NCBI GenBank assembly: GCA_963698885.1
Contig: CAVOSJ010000006.1
Location: forward strand, 325,186-389,185
DNA: 64,000 nucleotides
Direction: 5' to 3'
Source of the DNA: Nitrospirota bacterium
GTDB lineage: Bacteria > Nitrospirota > JACRHJ01
The notes below the pieces were generated by a model, which searched no databases, was not told the origin of the DNA, and saw nothing but the letters and a program-made list of their open reading frames with translations. Made by a program: the position numbers and the translations under genes. This document shows, in pieces, positions 49,097-57,915 of the stretch; the stretch's first letter is position 1; each line of letters starts with the position of its first letter.

Positions 49097-49140
49097 TGTT
49101 TATTTTTCGCGCGGAACGTTGAAAATCAGTTCAGGCCGCG

Positions 49141-49435
49141 CGAAAATACCTTTAATTTTCAATAACTTCTAAAAGTGCAAAGCGTGATTTCCATGCCGCC
49201 GAAATTGGCCGAAAAGTGGACGTAACCATATGTAAAACAAGGGTAAAAATACCGCCGCCCCATTAAAAACATATGCCTCCAAAACCCATCCCTGACCCCC
49301 CAAAATCGCCGCATTTACCCTGACAACCCCCCATGAATTCGATACCGCATGAAATTCGTTGATTTTTCCATTTATATATGGATAAATGTGGGCCGATGAT
49401 GGCTTGGCCGATTAAGGAGGAATAGCTATTAAAAG
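49141..49435 (+). repeat. ~300 bp non-coding module B, homologous to 31470-31800 (opposite strand); contains TTGATT-17 nt-ATAAAT promoter-like hexamers and the REase RBS
   Basis: by-eye alignment to the reverse complement of module A (see module A entry). Confidence 0.75.
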
Positions 49436-49449
49436 CAGGGAGGAAAGTT

Positions 49450-50052
49450 TTGCAAATAACTCGCAACAAACCCGATGACAGCAAATTCAATCAAGAAGCT
49501 TTATTGCCATACGAACTGAGGCTGAACGACTTCGAAATGGCAATGCAAGATGTATACGACTTCTTCTATGATGTGAATTTATTTTTAACGAAGAAGGGGC
49601 TCTTAAGACTGGATGACATGCTCCGGCCCGCAATTATGTCCGGTGTGTTATCGGATATGCTTACCGCGAGTCTTGCTAAACATTCGCGGGTACTTAAGGA
49701 AAATAAATTTTTTAATGGTCATCCAGACCTCGTGGTACAGGGTATATATCCGGATAACGCAGTCAAGGCCGGGACGGAGGGTGTTGAAATAAAAAGTACG
49801 CGCAAGGCGGGTGGCGCTGTTGACACTCATGGCGCGAGAGATCAGTGGATGTGCGTATTCGTCTATGATATTGACTGCGTGACCGAACCTGCCGGAGACA
49901 GAACGCCAATGGCGTTCACGGAAATATATCTCGGCAAGGTAACAGTTGAAGATTTCAGGCGCAATCTCCGTGGCGAACTCGGCACCAGGACAGCCACCCT
50001 TCATCGTGAAGGGATTATAAAACTTCGCCAGAACTGGATATATCGGATTTAG
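49450..50052 (+). CDS. putative type II restriction endonuclease (PD-(D/E)xK-like)
   Basis: 200 aa; GHPDLVV ... EGVEIKSTRK fits PD...ExK spacing; convergent with and 3'-overlapping the adjacent DNA methyltransferase; TTG start after GGAGG. Confidence 0.55.
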   Translation: MQITRNKPDDSKFNQEALLPYELRLNDFEMAMQDVYDFFYDVNLFLTKKGLLRLDDMLRPAIMSGVLSDMLTASLAKHSRVLKENKFFNGHPDLVVQGIYPDNAVKAGTEGVEIKSTRKAGGAVDTHGARDQWMCVFVYDIDCVTEPAGDRTPMAFTEIYLGKVTVEDFRRNLRGELGTRTATLHREGIIKLRQNWIYRI

Positions 50053-51211
50053 CGTTTGATTTGAAATCCGTAAGTTTAGGAATTGCAGTACGCGCAATAT
50101 CGAAATAGTGACGGTCTTTTTCGATGCCGATACTTTGATAACCTATAGCTTCTGCGGCCGCAAGAGTTGACCCGGCCCCGGCAAACGGGTCAAGTATTAC
50201 TCCCTCCCCGAGCGGGAGGACGCCACGTATAACTTGCCGCAGAAATGCCTGTGGTTTAAGGCTTGGATGTGGTGCAAGGGCCCGCTCGTTTTTTTGGGTA
50301 GGCGCGGACTGTATCACGTCCCCGAAAGGCTTGTCCGCAGAAGGGCGGCGAAATCCGCCTGTTTTCCATTTTCTAAGATTATCCTGAGCTCTTCCTTCCA
50401 AAGGTTTTCGGAATAATATCCAAGGCTCCCACATTGAACGCGGCATTACGCTTATTTCCTCAAATTCAGTGTGAGCATGTTTCGGACGATCTCCCCCACG
50501 CATAGTCATTACTAGACGAATAATCTCGCCGCGTCTTTCCAGGCCGGCATCTGCCAAAGCATTAGATAGGATATATGAAAGAAGGGGGTTGGAAGCCACC
50601 AAGACGTTTGCGCCGGGTACGAGTTTCGGTAGCAGAAGCCTCGCCCAAACGAAGAAAAAGGCGCTCAATCGCTCACGCTGGTCATCCGTAAGAGTTGTAA
50701 ATCTAGGAAGCGGAGACCTCGTATGGCCATCAAAGGAAGGCGGAATACGCCAGACCCCCCCTTTTCGGTTACGCAATTTTAATTGTTGGTCAGGCGTATA
50801 TTCATGAAGTCCGTAAGGGGGGTCTGTTACCACCGCATGTATACTCTGATCCTGCCTCTTCTCAATCCAGTCAAAACAGTCTCCATGGTATAGAGTAGTT
50901 CTGCCTAATACAAATGGCTGTTCCATTTCGGAGTGATATGAAAAATCGCGATGCATTTCTCCGGCATGCTGTTGCCGGACGCGGTATACGCCTCGACCTT
51001 CTTTGATAAAAAGCGAGGGAGTATTAAGACGGAGATAAGACCGGACGGATGAAGCAGGGGTCGGCCCCATTATCTTGTTTATTCTTTCTTCAATTTGCAT
51101 AATGGAAAGCGCTTCGGAAGTTAGCGACAGCACTTGTAAGATGGCATCGCGCACGCGTCCGGGTGCATATCTTTTTTCGGTTGATTGCATGAATAAAATA
51201 TAAACGTCCAA
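50015..51211 (-). CDS. DNA methyltransferase, beta-class amino-methyltransferase (N6-adenine or N4-cytosine)
   Basis: 398 aa; motif IV DPPY (TDPPYG) precedes motif I FAGAGST. Confidence 0.85.
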   Translation of the reverse strand: MDVYILFMQSTEKRYAPGRVRDAILQVLSLTSEALSIMQIEERINKIMGPTPASSVRSYLRLNTPSLFIKEGRGVYRVRQQHAGEMHRDFSYHSEMEQPFVLGRTTLYHGDCFDWIEKRQDQSIHAVVTDPPYGLHEYTPDQQLKLRNRKGGVWRIPPSFDGHTRSPLPRFTTLTDDQRERLSAFFFVWARLLLPKLVPGANVLVASNPLLSYILSNALADAGLERRGEIIRLVMTMRGGDRPKHAHTEFEEISVMPRSMWEPWILFRKPLEGRAQDNLRKWKTGGFRRPSADKPFGDVIQSAPTQKNERALAPHPSLKPQAFLRQVIRGVLPLGEGVILDPFAGAGSTLAAAEAIGYQSIGIEKDRHYFDIARTAIPKLTDFKSNAKSDISSSGEVL

Positions 51212-51240
51212 ACGTCTTTTGTCAAGGATTAAATTACGCG

Positions 51241-51340
51241 CGCCGCATCTTTAATCTTTTGCTTTTCAAGCCAGTTCTGCTAAAATCTCCTTATGAAATC
51301 CGCAATCTTAATCAGCCCCGGCGTGATGGAAATAAACCGC
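51241..51340 (+). repeat. right direct repeat: authentic promoter-proximal region and 5' end of the Zn-ADH gene
   Basis: partner of 49021-49096; contains the true ADH start codon at 51293. Confidence 0.85.
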
Positions 51341-52319
51341 AAGGCCCCGGTGCCTTCGCCCGGGCCGGGCGAGGTCGTCGTGCAGGTGAAGGCGGCGCTC
51401 ACCTGCGGCACGGACATAAAGGCATATCTCAGGGGCCATCCGAAGATACCGATGCCCTCGCCGCTCGGGCACGAGTTCTCAGGCGACATCTATAAAATCG
51501 GCGAAGGGGTGGAAGGCTGGGCGGAGGGCGATGCTGTAATGGCGGTGCATTCCGCGCCGTGCGGCGAGTGCGCGTTCTGCAAGATGGGCAGGGAGAACCT
51601 CTGCACGACCATAATGGACGAAAAAGTCCTGGGTGCGTATGCGGACTTCATAAAGCTCCCGGCGCGCGTCGTGAAGCAGAACATGTTCAAAAAGCCCGAG
51701 TCGCTCCCCTATCCGGAGGCGGCGATGCTGGAGCCGCTCGCGTGCGTCGTGCACGGGTACCGCATGACGGAGGCCGAGAAGCCGAAGAGCGTCCTGATAC
51801 TTGGCGCGGGGCCGATAGGGCTTCTGCACCTGATGCTGCATAAGAAAAACGGCGCGAAGGTCATCCTCGCGGGCAGGAGGGCCGACCGGCTTGAGACGGC
51901 GAAGGACCTGGGCGCGGACGCCGTGCTGGAAGGCGACCTCCAGGACATCGCATGGAAGGTAACCGAAGAGACCGAGGGGCTCGGCGCGGACCTTGTCATC
52001 GAAGCGACCGGGAACAAGGACCTCTGGGAGAACTCGCCGTCCCTTGTGAGACGCGGCGGGACGGTACTGCTGTTCGGGGGCTGTCCCTCCGGCACGCGCG
52101 CCTGTTTCGACGCCGGACGCGTCCATTACGACGAGATAAAGCTGATGGGCGCGTTCCATTTCACGCCCTCGGACGTCAAGGCGGCTTTCGAGCCTCCTGA
52201 CAGCCGAAAGGTTAAACGTCTCCAAACTAATCTCGGGAAGGTATAACCTGGACGACCTTCAGATAGCGTTCGACGAGCTTATCGGCGGCCGAGGGATAAA
52301 GTTCGCGATAATACCGTAA
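51293..52319 (+). CDS. zinc-dependent alcohol dehydrogenase (MDR family); apparent frameshift near 52200
   Basis: GHEFSGD catalytic-zinc motif, structural-zinc Cys cluster (CGECAFC), GAGPIGL Rossmann; C-terminus continues in shifted frame (...YNLDDLQIAFDELIGGRGIKFAIIP). Confidence 0.85.
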
Positions 52320-52322
52320 ACC

Positions 52323-52399
52323 GTTACCTTTTTTGTAAAAAGGTAACGCCAAAAACTTTTGGACGTTTTTGGCTCCACCTTTTTCCGTAAAAAGGTGGA
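52323..52399. repeat. mosaic palindromic intergenic repeat, copy 11 (P - linker - P-variant)
   Basis: GTTACCTTTTTTGTAAAAAGGTAAC GCCAAAAACTTTT ... CCACCTTTTTCCGTAAAAAGGTGG. Confidence 0.85.
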
Positions 52400-52408
52400 A
52401 AAGGTTTT

Positions 52409-53309
52409 ATGCTCCCGTACGAAATACTCCGCAAAATTAAGCGACTGGAAATTAAGACCTCCCGGCTGGTCGAGGGCGCGCTCTCCGGCGGATACCTGTC
52501 CACGTTCAAGGGGCGGGGTATCGAGTTCACCGAGGTGCGCGAGTACGTACCCGGCGACGACGTCCGGGCGATAGACTGGAACGTTACGGCCAGGACGGGC
52601 ATCCCCCACATCAAGACGTTTGTCGAGGAGAGAGACTTAACCGTCATGCTCGCCGTGGACGTATCGGCCTCGATGGACTTCGGCACTACTACACAAACAA
52701 AAAAAGAGCTGGCCGTGGAGTTCGCCGCCGCCGCCGCGCTCCTCGCCGCCCAGGGCGGGGACAGGGCGGGGCTTATCGCATACACGGACAGGGTGGAGTT
52801 GTTTATCCCGCCTAAGCGCGGCAAAAGACACGTCTATAACCTCCTGACCGCGCTCTCGACAATCACACCGAAGGGCAAGAGGACGGACCTGGCCGCACCC
52901 GCCGAGCTGCTTATACGCGCGCTTAAAACCCGCTCCACGCTGTTCTGGGTATCGGACTTCCTGGAGGCCGGTCTGCCGGTCTGCGGCCACCGGCACGCGC
53001 GCGCTGAAGGCGCTCTCACGGCGGCACGAGCTTGTGCCGGTCGTGCCCTCGGACAGGCGGGAGCGCGAGCTTCCGCCAGGGGGCGGGATGGCGGAGCTTA
53101 TCGACCCGGAGACGGGCGCCTTAGTCCTGGTGGACCTCTCGTCCCCCCGTTTTATTAAGGCGTTTAAAAGCTGGAAAGACGAGGCGGAAAAGGGCAGGAC
53201 GGCGCTTTTTAACGCCCTGAAGGCGGAGCCCGTATGGCTTGCCACGGGCAGTTCGCCCATCACGCCGCTCGCGAGATACTTCCACCGGCACGCGAGGAGG
53301 CGCGTCTAA
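52409..53309 (+). CDS. DUF58-domain protein (MoxR-associated); apparent frameshift near 52970
   Basis: GRGIEFTEVREYVPGDDVRAIDWNVTARTG...LAVDVSASM; C-terminus continues in ORF 53034..53309. Confidence 0.8.
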
Positions 53310-54296
53310 TGGGTTTGTTTGTGCACCCGTCTCTCCTCTGGCTGGCTGCTGTCGTGCCGGTTATTTTTTATATAGCCATCCGTAAAAAAGGTAAGCCCAT
53401 CCCCTTTCCCGGCATATCACTGGCGAAGGACCTCCCGCGCGTAAAATTAAGTGGCTTCCGCCGCTTCTTTTGTCGCTTGCCGCGCTCTGCCTGATAATCT
53501 CCGCCGCGCGCCCGAGAGTTGCCCAGGGGATGGAGGAGACGAAGATTATCGGCGTGGACGTGGCTCTTGCCATAGACCTGTCCGGGAGCATGCGGGCCGA
53601 GGATTTAAAGCCCAACCGCATAGAGGCGGCGAAGGCGACGCTTAAGGAGTTCGTTCAAGGGTTCAACCAGGGGAGGATGGCGCTGGTGGCCTTCGCCGGG
53701 CGCTCGTTCACCCAGTGTCCCCTGACATCCGACGGCGAGATACTGACAAGCCTGCTCGACCAGTTAGACGTCGGCTCCGTCCAGCTTGACGGCACCGCCA
53801 TCGGGGACGCGATAGTAAACTGCATAAACAAGTTCAAGGAAAAATCCGCCTACCCGGATCATCATCCTGTTAACCGACGGCGAGAATAACTCCGGCTCCG
53901 TGGACCCGATAACCGCGGCGCGCGCGGCGGCTGAGAAGGGGATAAAAATTTACGCCATCGGCATCGGCACCCCCGAAGGCGCGCCCATTCCAGTATATGG
54001 CCCGGACGGGCGGAAAGATTACCTCCGGGACGATTTTGGACATGTTTTGATCGATAAGGCGGATTTTTCCGCGTTGAAAAAGGTAGCCGACATAACCGGG
54101 GGCCGTTTCTTCCAGGCTACGGATAACCGCGCGCTGAAGGATATATACGGCGAGATTTCGCGCATGGAGAAAAAAGAGCTGACCGTGAAACGGACGAGAG
54201 CATACCGTGAACTCTTCCCTTATCCCGCCGGAGTTAGGGTTTATCCTGCTGACTCTGGGCGGGTCGCTCATGGCGTGGAGGAGGCGGCTTTCGTGA
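53309..54296 (+). CDS. BatA-like vWA-domain membrane protein; about three frame changes
   Basis: pieces in ORFs 53234..53494, 53470..53889, 53900.. and a final frame ending at TGA 54294-54296; vWA MIDAS region (VALAIDLSGSM). Confidence 0.7.
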
Positions 54297-55285
54297 GCGT
54301 GTTAGGATATCCCGTGTTCCTGTGGCTGCTTCTCCTTGTGGCGGGCCTTGGAGCCGCGTTCCTGCTCTCTTACCGGAAAGTTAAAAGGGCGCAACGCGCC
54401 TTTGCGTCGGTGGAGATGACGGCGCGGCTTGGCCTTGGGAACGGGTCGAAAAAATTCATGGCCCGGTCGTCATTTATTTTAATATCTGCCGTACTTGCCG
54501 TCGTCGCGCTGGCCCGTCCCCTGGGGCCCTCCGCCAATGCGGCGGAAGCGGTCCCGGTCTCCATGGACGTAATCGTCGCGCTTGATATTTCCGACAGCAT
54601 GGGGGTAACGGACGGAGGGGCCGGTGGTAACGGGGACAGGCTTTCCGCCGCGAAGGAATTCATAAATAACCTGGCGGCCGCCGCGCCTTCGGACAGGTTC
54701 GGGCTGGTGCTTTTCTCCGGCAATTCCATAATAAGCTGCCCGCCCACGATGGACCATGACGCGTTCCTGACTATTCAGGGCGATGCAGGCATGGACAAGC
54801 AGGACCTGCCGGGTACGGCCATAGGCGACGCGCTCATCACCGCCGCGAATAAGTTCAAAAAATCAAACCTTCCGCGCGCCGTGGTAGTGGTTTCGGACGG
54901 GGAGAATACCTACGGGCCGGAACCTGCCGAGGCGGCAAGGGCGGCGGAGGCGAAGGGGCTGAAGGTCTATACCGTGGGCGTCGGGACGGCGCATGGCGGG
55001 AGGATCCCGGAGGGCCTCGACTTCTTCGGCCAGATGACATTCAAGAAGGACAAGGCGGGCCAAACGGTAGTTTCGTCGCTGGATGAAGGGACGCTGAAAT
55101 CCGTCGCGGAGGCTGGCGGCGGGAAGTATTTCTATTCTCTGGACCCCGGCGCGGCAAGCGGGCTTGCGAAAGAGCTGTCGCCAAAAGCGAAAGGGAACTC
55201 GCTTGAAAAATTCGCGGGCGCGGAGGAATACGGGCCGTGGTTTGCGCTCGGCGCGGCGGATAGGCGCTGGGGCGGATGGCGTTGA
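54293..55285 (+). CDS. BatB-like vWA-domain membrane protein
   Basis: GTG start 54293 after GGAGGAGG; TM helices then vWA MIDAS region (VIVALDISDSMG); overlaps BatA stop (GTGA). Confidence 0.75.
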   Translation: MSVLGYPVFLWLLLLVAGLGAAFLLSYRKVKRAQRAFASVEMTARLGLGNGSKKFMARSSFILISAVLAVVALARPLGPSANAAEAVPVSMDVIVALDISDSMGVTDGGAGGNGDRLSAAKEFINNLAAAAPSDRFGLVLFSGNSIISCPPTMDHDAFLTIQGDAGMDKQDLPGTAIGDALITAANKFKKSNLPRAVVVVSDGENTYGPEPAEAARAAEAKGLKVYTVGVGTAHGGRIPEGLDFFGQMTFKKDKAGQTVVSSLDEGTLKSVAEAGGGKYFYSLDPGAASGLAKELSPKAKGNSLEKFAGAEEYGPWFALGAADRRWGGWR

Positions 55286-55289
55286 TAAT

Positions 55290-55640
55290 ATGAAACCCTC
55301 TCATAATATAATATTTCTGTTGCCGTTTATTTTCGCCTTCTCCCCCGTCGCCACGCCGACTGAGAAGGGCATCGACGCGTTTTCCGCCGGGAAATACGAC
55401 GACGCGCTCTCTCAATTCGGGAAGGCGGCGAAGGATAACCCGGACAAGGCCGAGGCGCATATAAACCTTGGCGACGCGCTGTACAAGAAGGGCGAGTTCG
55501 ATAAGGCGGCGAAGGAATATTCCGAGGCGGCAAGGCTTAAGCCAAATATGCCCGAGGCCTGGTATAACATGGGGGACGCGTTCTACAAGATGGGCGCATA
55601 CGACAAGGCGCTATCGGCCTTCCAGAAGGCGGATTCTTAA
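55290..55640 (+). CDS. TPR-repeat protein (BatC-like)
   Basis: signal-like N-terminus then TPR repeats (AEAHINLGDALYKKGEFDKAAKEY..., AWYNMGDAFYKMGAYDKAL). Confidence 0.65.
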   Translation: MKPSHNIIFLLPFIFAFSPVATPTEKGIDAFSAGKYDDALSQFGKAAKDNPDKAEAHINLGDALYKKGEFDKAAKEYSEAARLKPNMPEAWYNMGDAFYKMGAYDKALSAFQKADS

Positions 55641-55672
55641 AAAAGGAAGCGGACACGAAGCATAATATAGAA

Positions 55673-56165
55673 GTGACAATGGAGAAGGTGAAGAAGGAGC
55701 AGGTCAAAAAAAACGGGGGCGGCCCCCAGGAAAAAAGCGGCGGGCAGGGGAAGCAGGGCAGCAGGGTAAACAGGGGCCGGGAACCGGAAGTCAAAACCGG
55801 CCTGGGCAGGCCGGAAGCCAAAACCAGCCTGGGCTGGCGGCGCGTAATAATCAGCCGGGTCAGGGGCAGAGCGGGCAGGGCCAGAATCAGCAGAAGCAGG
55901 CTGGTCAGAATAGGCAGGCCCAGAGCGGACTGGGACAGGGCGGCACAGTGGCGCGGGGGGGCTGTCGGAGGGCGACGTCTCCCGTATGCTGTCAAAGCAG
56001 AGCGAGGAAGAGAAGAGCCTGCGCAGCTATTTCCGGCCCGGGAAGAGGGACCCGTTAAGCGAGAGGGAGGCCCAGATAGAACAGATGCTGCGCGGGATGG
56101 GCGCGCCGGTGCCGTCCGCGAGGGCCGTGAAACCGGGCGCTCCATACGTCGAAAAGGACTGGTAA
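55673..56165 (+). CDS. Gly/Gln-rich low-complexity protein region, frames unresolved (possibly a C-terminal continuation of the TPR protein or a separate BatD-like gene)
   Basis: homopolymer-rich G/Q-coding DNA; plausible C-terminus ...EEEKSLRSYFRPGKRDPLSEREAQIEQMLRGMGAPVP...EKDW in another frame. Confidence 0.3.
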
Positions 56166-56227
56166 TAGCCTTATTCCCTTGACTTAACCCCTTAAATTTT
56201 ATAAAATTTCAATCTTGTTACCAGTTT

Positions 56228-56264
56228 AAAAGTTTTTGGCGTTACCTTTTTCCAAAAAGGTAAC
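56228..56264. repeat. mosaic palindromic intergenic repeat, copy 12 (linker + P hairpin only)
   Basis: AAAAGTTTTTGGC GTTACCTTTTTCCAAAAAGGTAAC. Confidence 0.85.
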
Positions 56265-56281
56265 AGGTTTAAGGAGTTGTT

Positions 56282-56734
56282 ATGCCAGGCTTAGGTTTCC
56301 CAAGCGAGATAATATTAATATTCATTGTCGCCCTGATCGTTTTCGGGCCTAAGAGGCTGCCCGATATGGCGAAATCCCTCGGCAGGGCAATGAATGAGTT
56401 CAAGCGCTCCATGAACGACTTCAAGCGCCAGATCGAGGCGGAGGTCGGGACCGAGAGTATAAAGGAAGACCTTTTAAGGCAGCAGAAAGAGATACAGGAT
56501 AAACTCGCCGGCTTAAACCCGACCGGGCAAGGTCCCGCCCCGGATAAGATAGACAAGATAGAGACGACGGATTACGCGGATTCCGGACAGGCGGCGGCCA
56601 ATAAGGCGAGCGTCGCTTCCGTAAAGGCTCCGGCCAGCCAGGCGGACGTCCCTGACGGACAGACGCCGGACGATAAAGCGAGCGCCTCCCCTGCTTCCCC
56701 CGCCCCAGAGGAACCGAAGAAAAAAGATGCCTGA
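56282..56734 (+). CDS. twin-arginine translocase TatA/TatB-family protein (TatB-like length)
   Basis: N-terminal TM + amphipathic helix (IILIFIVALIVFGPKRLPDMAKSLGRA), long acidic/Pro-rich tail; AAGGAG RBS. Confidence 0.8.
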   Translation: MPGLGFPSEIILIFIVALIVFGPKRLPDMAKSLGRAMNEFKRSMNDFKRQIEAEVGTESIKEDLLRQQKEIQDKLAGLNPTGQGPAPDKIDKIETTDYADSGQAAANKASVASVKAPASQADVPDGQTPDDKASASPASPAPEEPKKKDA

Positions 56735-56750
56735 TCAAGAAGGAAAGACG

Positions 56751-57530
56751 ATGTCCATACTCGCGCATCTGGACGAGCTCCGGAAGCGGCTTGTCTATAC
56801 CGTCATCGTGCTTTTCATAGCCTTTCTGGTCTGTTTCCAGTACTGGGAATACCTGCTCCGCTGGATGAAGGTCCCGCTGACCCTGGTGCTTACGGTAAAG
56901 ACCACATATCCCTTCGTGTTCCCGACGTACCTGCCCAGCCCCACGAAGCTCATAGCCGTCGCTCCGGGCGAGGTGTTCTGGATAGCGCTGAAGATCGCCT
57001 TTATCGCCAGCATCTTCCTCTCGCTGCCTTTCATCCTCGCCCAGGTATGGCTCTTCATTGCGCCCGGGCTATTGCCCAAGGAACGCAAATGGGCGCTGCC
57101 TTTCGTCTTCTCGGCGACGTTCATGTTCGTCCTCGGGGCGCTGTTCTGCCAGTACGTCGTCCTGCCGTTTGCGATGCGGTTTCTGCTGACATACGGCATA
57201 GAAGAAGTGACCCCGATGATTACGATCAAGGAATATATCGATTTCTGCGGTAAGTTCCTGCTCTCGTTCGGCCTGGTTTTCGAGCTTCCTCTTATCATAA
57301 CGCTCCTTTCGCGCCTGGGTCTCGTCACGCCCCAGTTCCTTGCCAAGAACAGGAAGTTCGCCATACTCATCGCCTTCATCGCGGCGGCCATCCTTACCCC
57401 GACCCCCGACATGTTCAACCAGACCCTCATGGCGGTGCCCATAATACTGCTCTACGAGGTAGGCATCCTCATGGCCAGGATTACCAGGAGGCGAAAGGAT
57501 AACGCGGCCGAGGCGGAGACGGATTTATAA
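56751..57530 (+). CDS. tatC: twin-arginine translocase subunit TatC
   Basis: LAHLDELRKRL N-terminal motif, six TM helices; start set at ATG 56751. Confidence 0.9.
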   Translation: MSILAHLDELRKRLVYTVIVLFIAFLVCFQYWEYLLRWMKVPLTLVLTVKTTYPFVFPTYLPSPTKLIAVAPGEVFWIALKIAFIASIFLSLPFILAQVWLFIAPGLLPKERKWALPFVFSATFMFVLGALFCQYVVLPFAMRFLLTYGIEEVTPMITIKEYIDFCGKFLLSFGLVFELPLIITLLSRLGLVTPQFLAKNRKFAILIAFIAAAILTPTPDMFNQTLMAVPIILLYEVGILMARITRRRKDNAAEAETDL

Positions 57531-57534
57531 ACCT

Positions 57535-57629
57535 GTTACCTTTTTGGAAAAAGGTAACGCCAAAAACTTTTAGGGTTAAACACCCCAGCTTTCTTTTGTG
57601 TTACTTTTCTTTCCCGAAAGAAAAGTAAC
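57535..57629. repeat. mosaic palindromic intergenic repeat, copy 13
   Basis: GTTACCTTTTTGGAAAAAGGTAAC GCCAAAAACTTTT ... GTTACTTTTCTTTC-CC-GAAAGAAAAGTAAC. Confidence 0.9.
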
Positions 57630-57646
57630 GACTTTCCATTTTACCC

Positions 57647-57675
57647 TTGACAGCCGTCTATCCTTTTTTTATACT
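57647..57675 (+). promoter_or_regulatory. putative sigma70-type promoter TTGACA-17 nt-TATACT upstream of a ~240-nt GC-rich leader and the porin gene
   Basis: consensus -35, 17-nt spacer, near-consensus -10. Confidence 0.4.
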
Positions 57676-57915
57676 CGCAAAAATTTAATATTCTTCCGAA
57701 GCCGGACCGCCCTACAGTCTTTTCGCAGGGGCCAGGGGTCCCGGCCGACAGGGTCGCATCCGAAAGGGTGCGGTCTCCCATAGAAGCCGGTTACCGGTTT
57801 TGGAAAGGAGGGCAAGCTCGCGGCAAGGCACCTCTTTATTCAAAGAAGGCGCCTTTTTTTATTTCGAACTGTTTTCATTATTTTTTAGCAGGCAATCCGA
57901 AAGGGGAACTCCGTT

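Larger units (their letters stand above)
49097..51240. mobile_element. inserted type II restriction-modification cassette (no recombinase) bracketed by a ~75 bp target duplication
   Basis: lower GC than flanks; convergent REase/MTase pair; direct repeats 49021-49096 and 51241-51340. Confidence 0.55.

Noticed and set aside
49021-51340. Classifying the R-M insertion as an IS element or transposon
   Set aside because: No transposase or integrase ORF, no terminal inverted repeats, and the flanking duplication (about 75 bp) is far longer than transposase-generated target site duplications.
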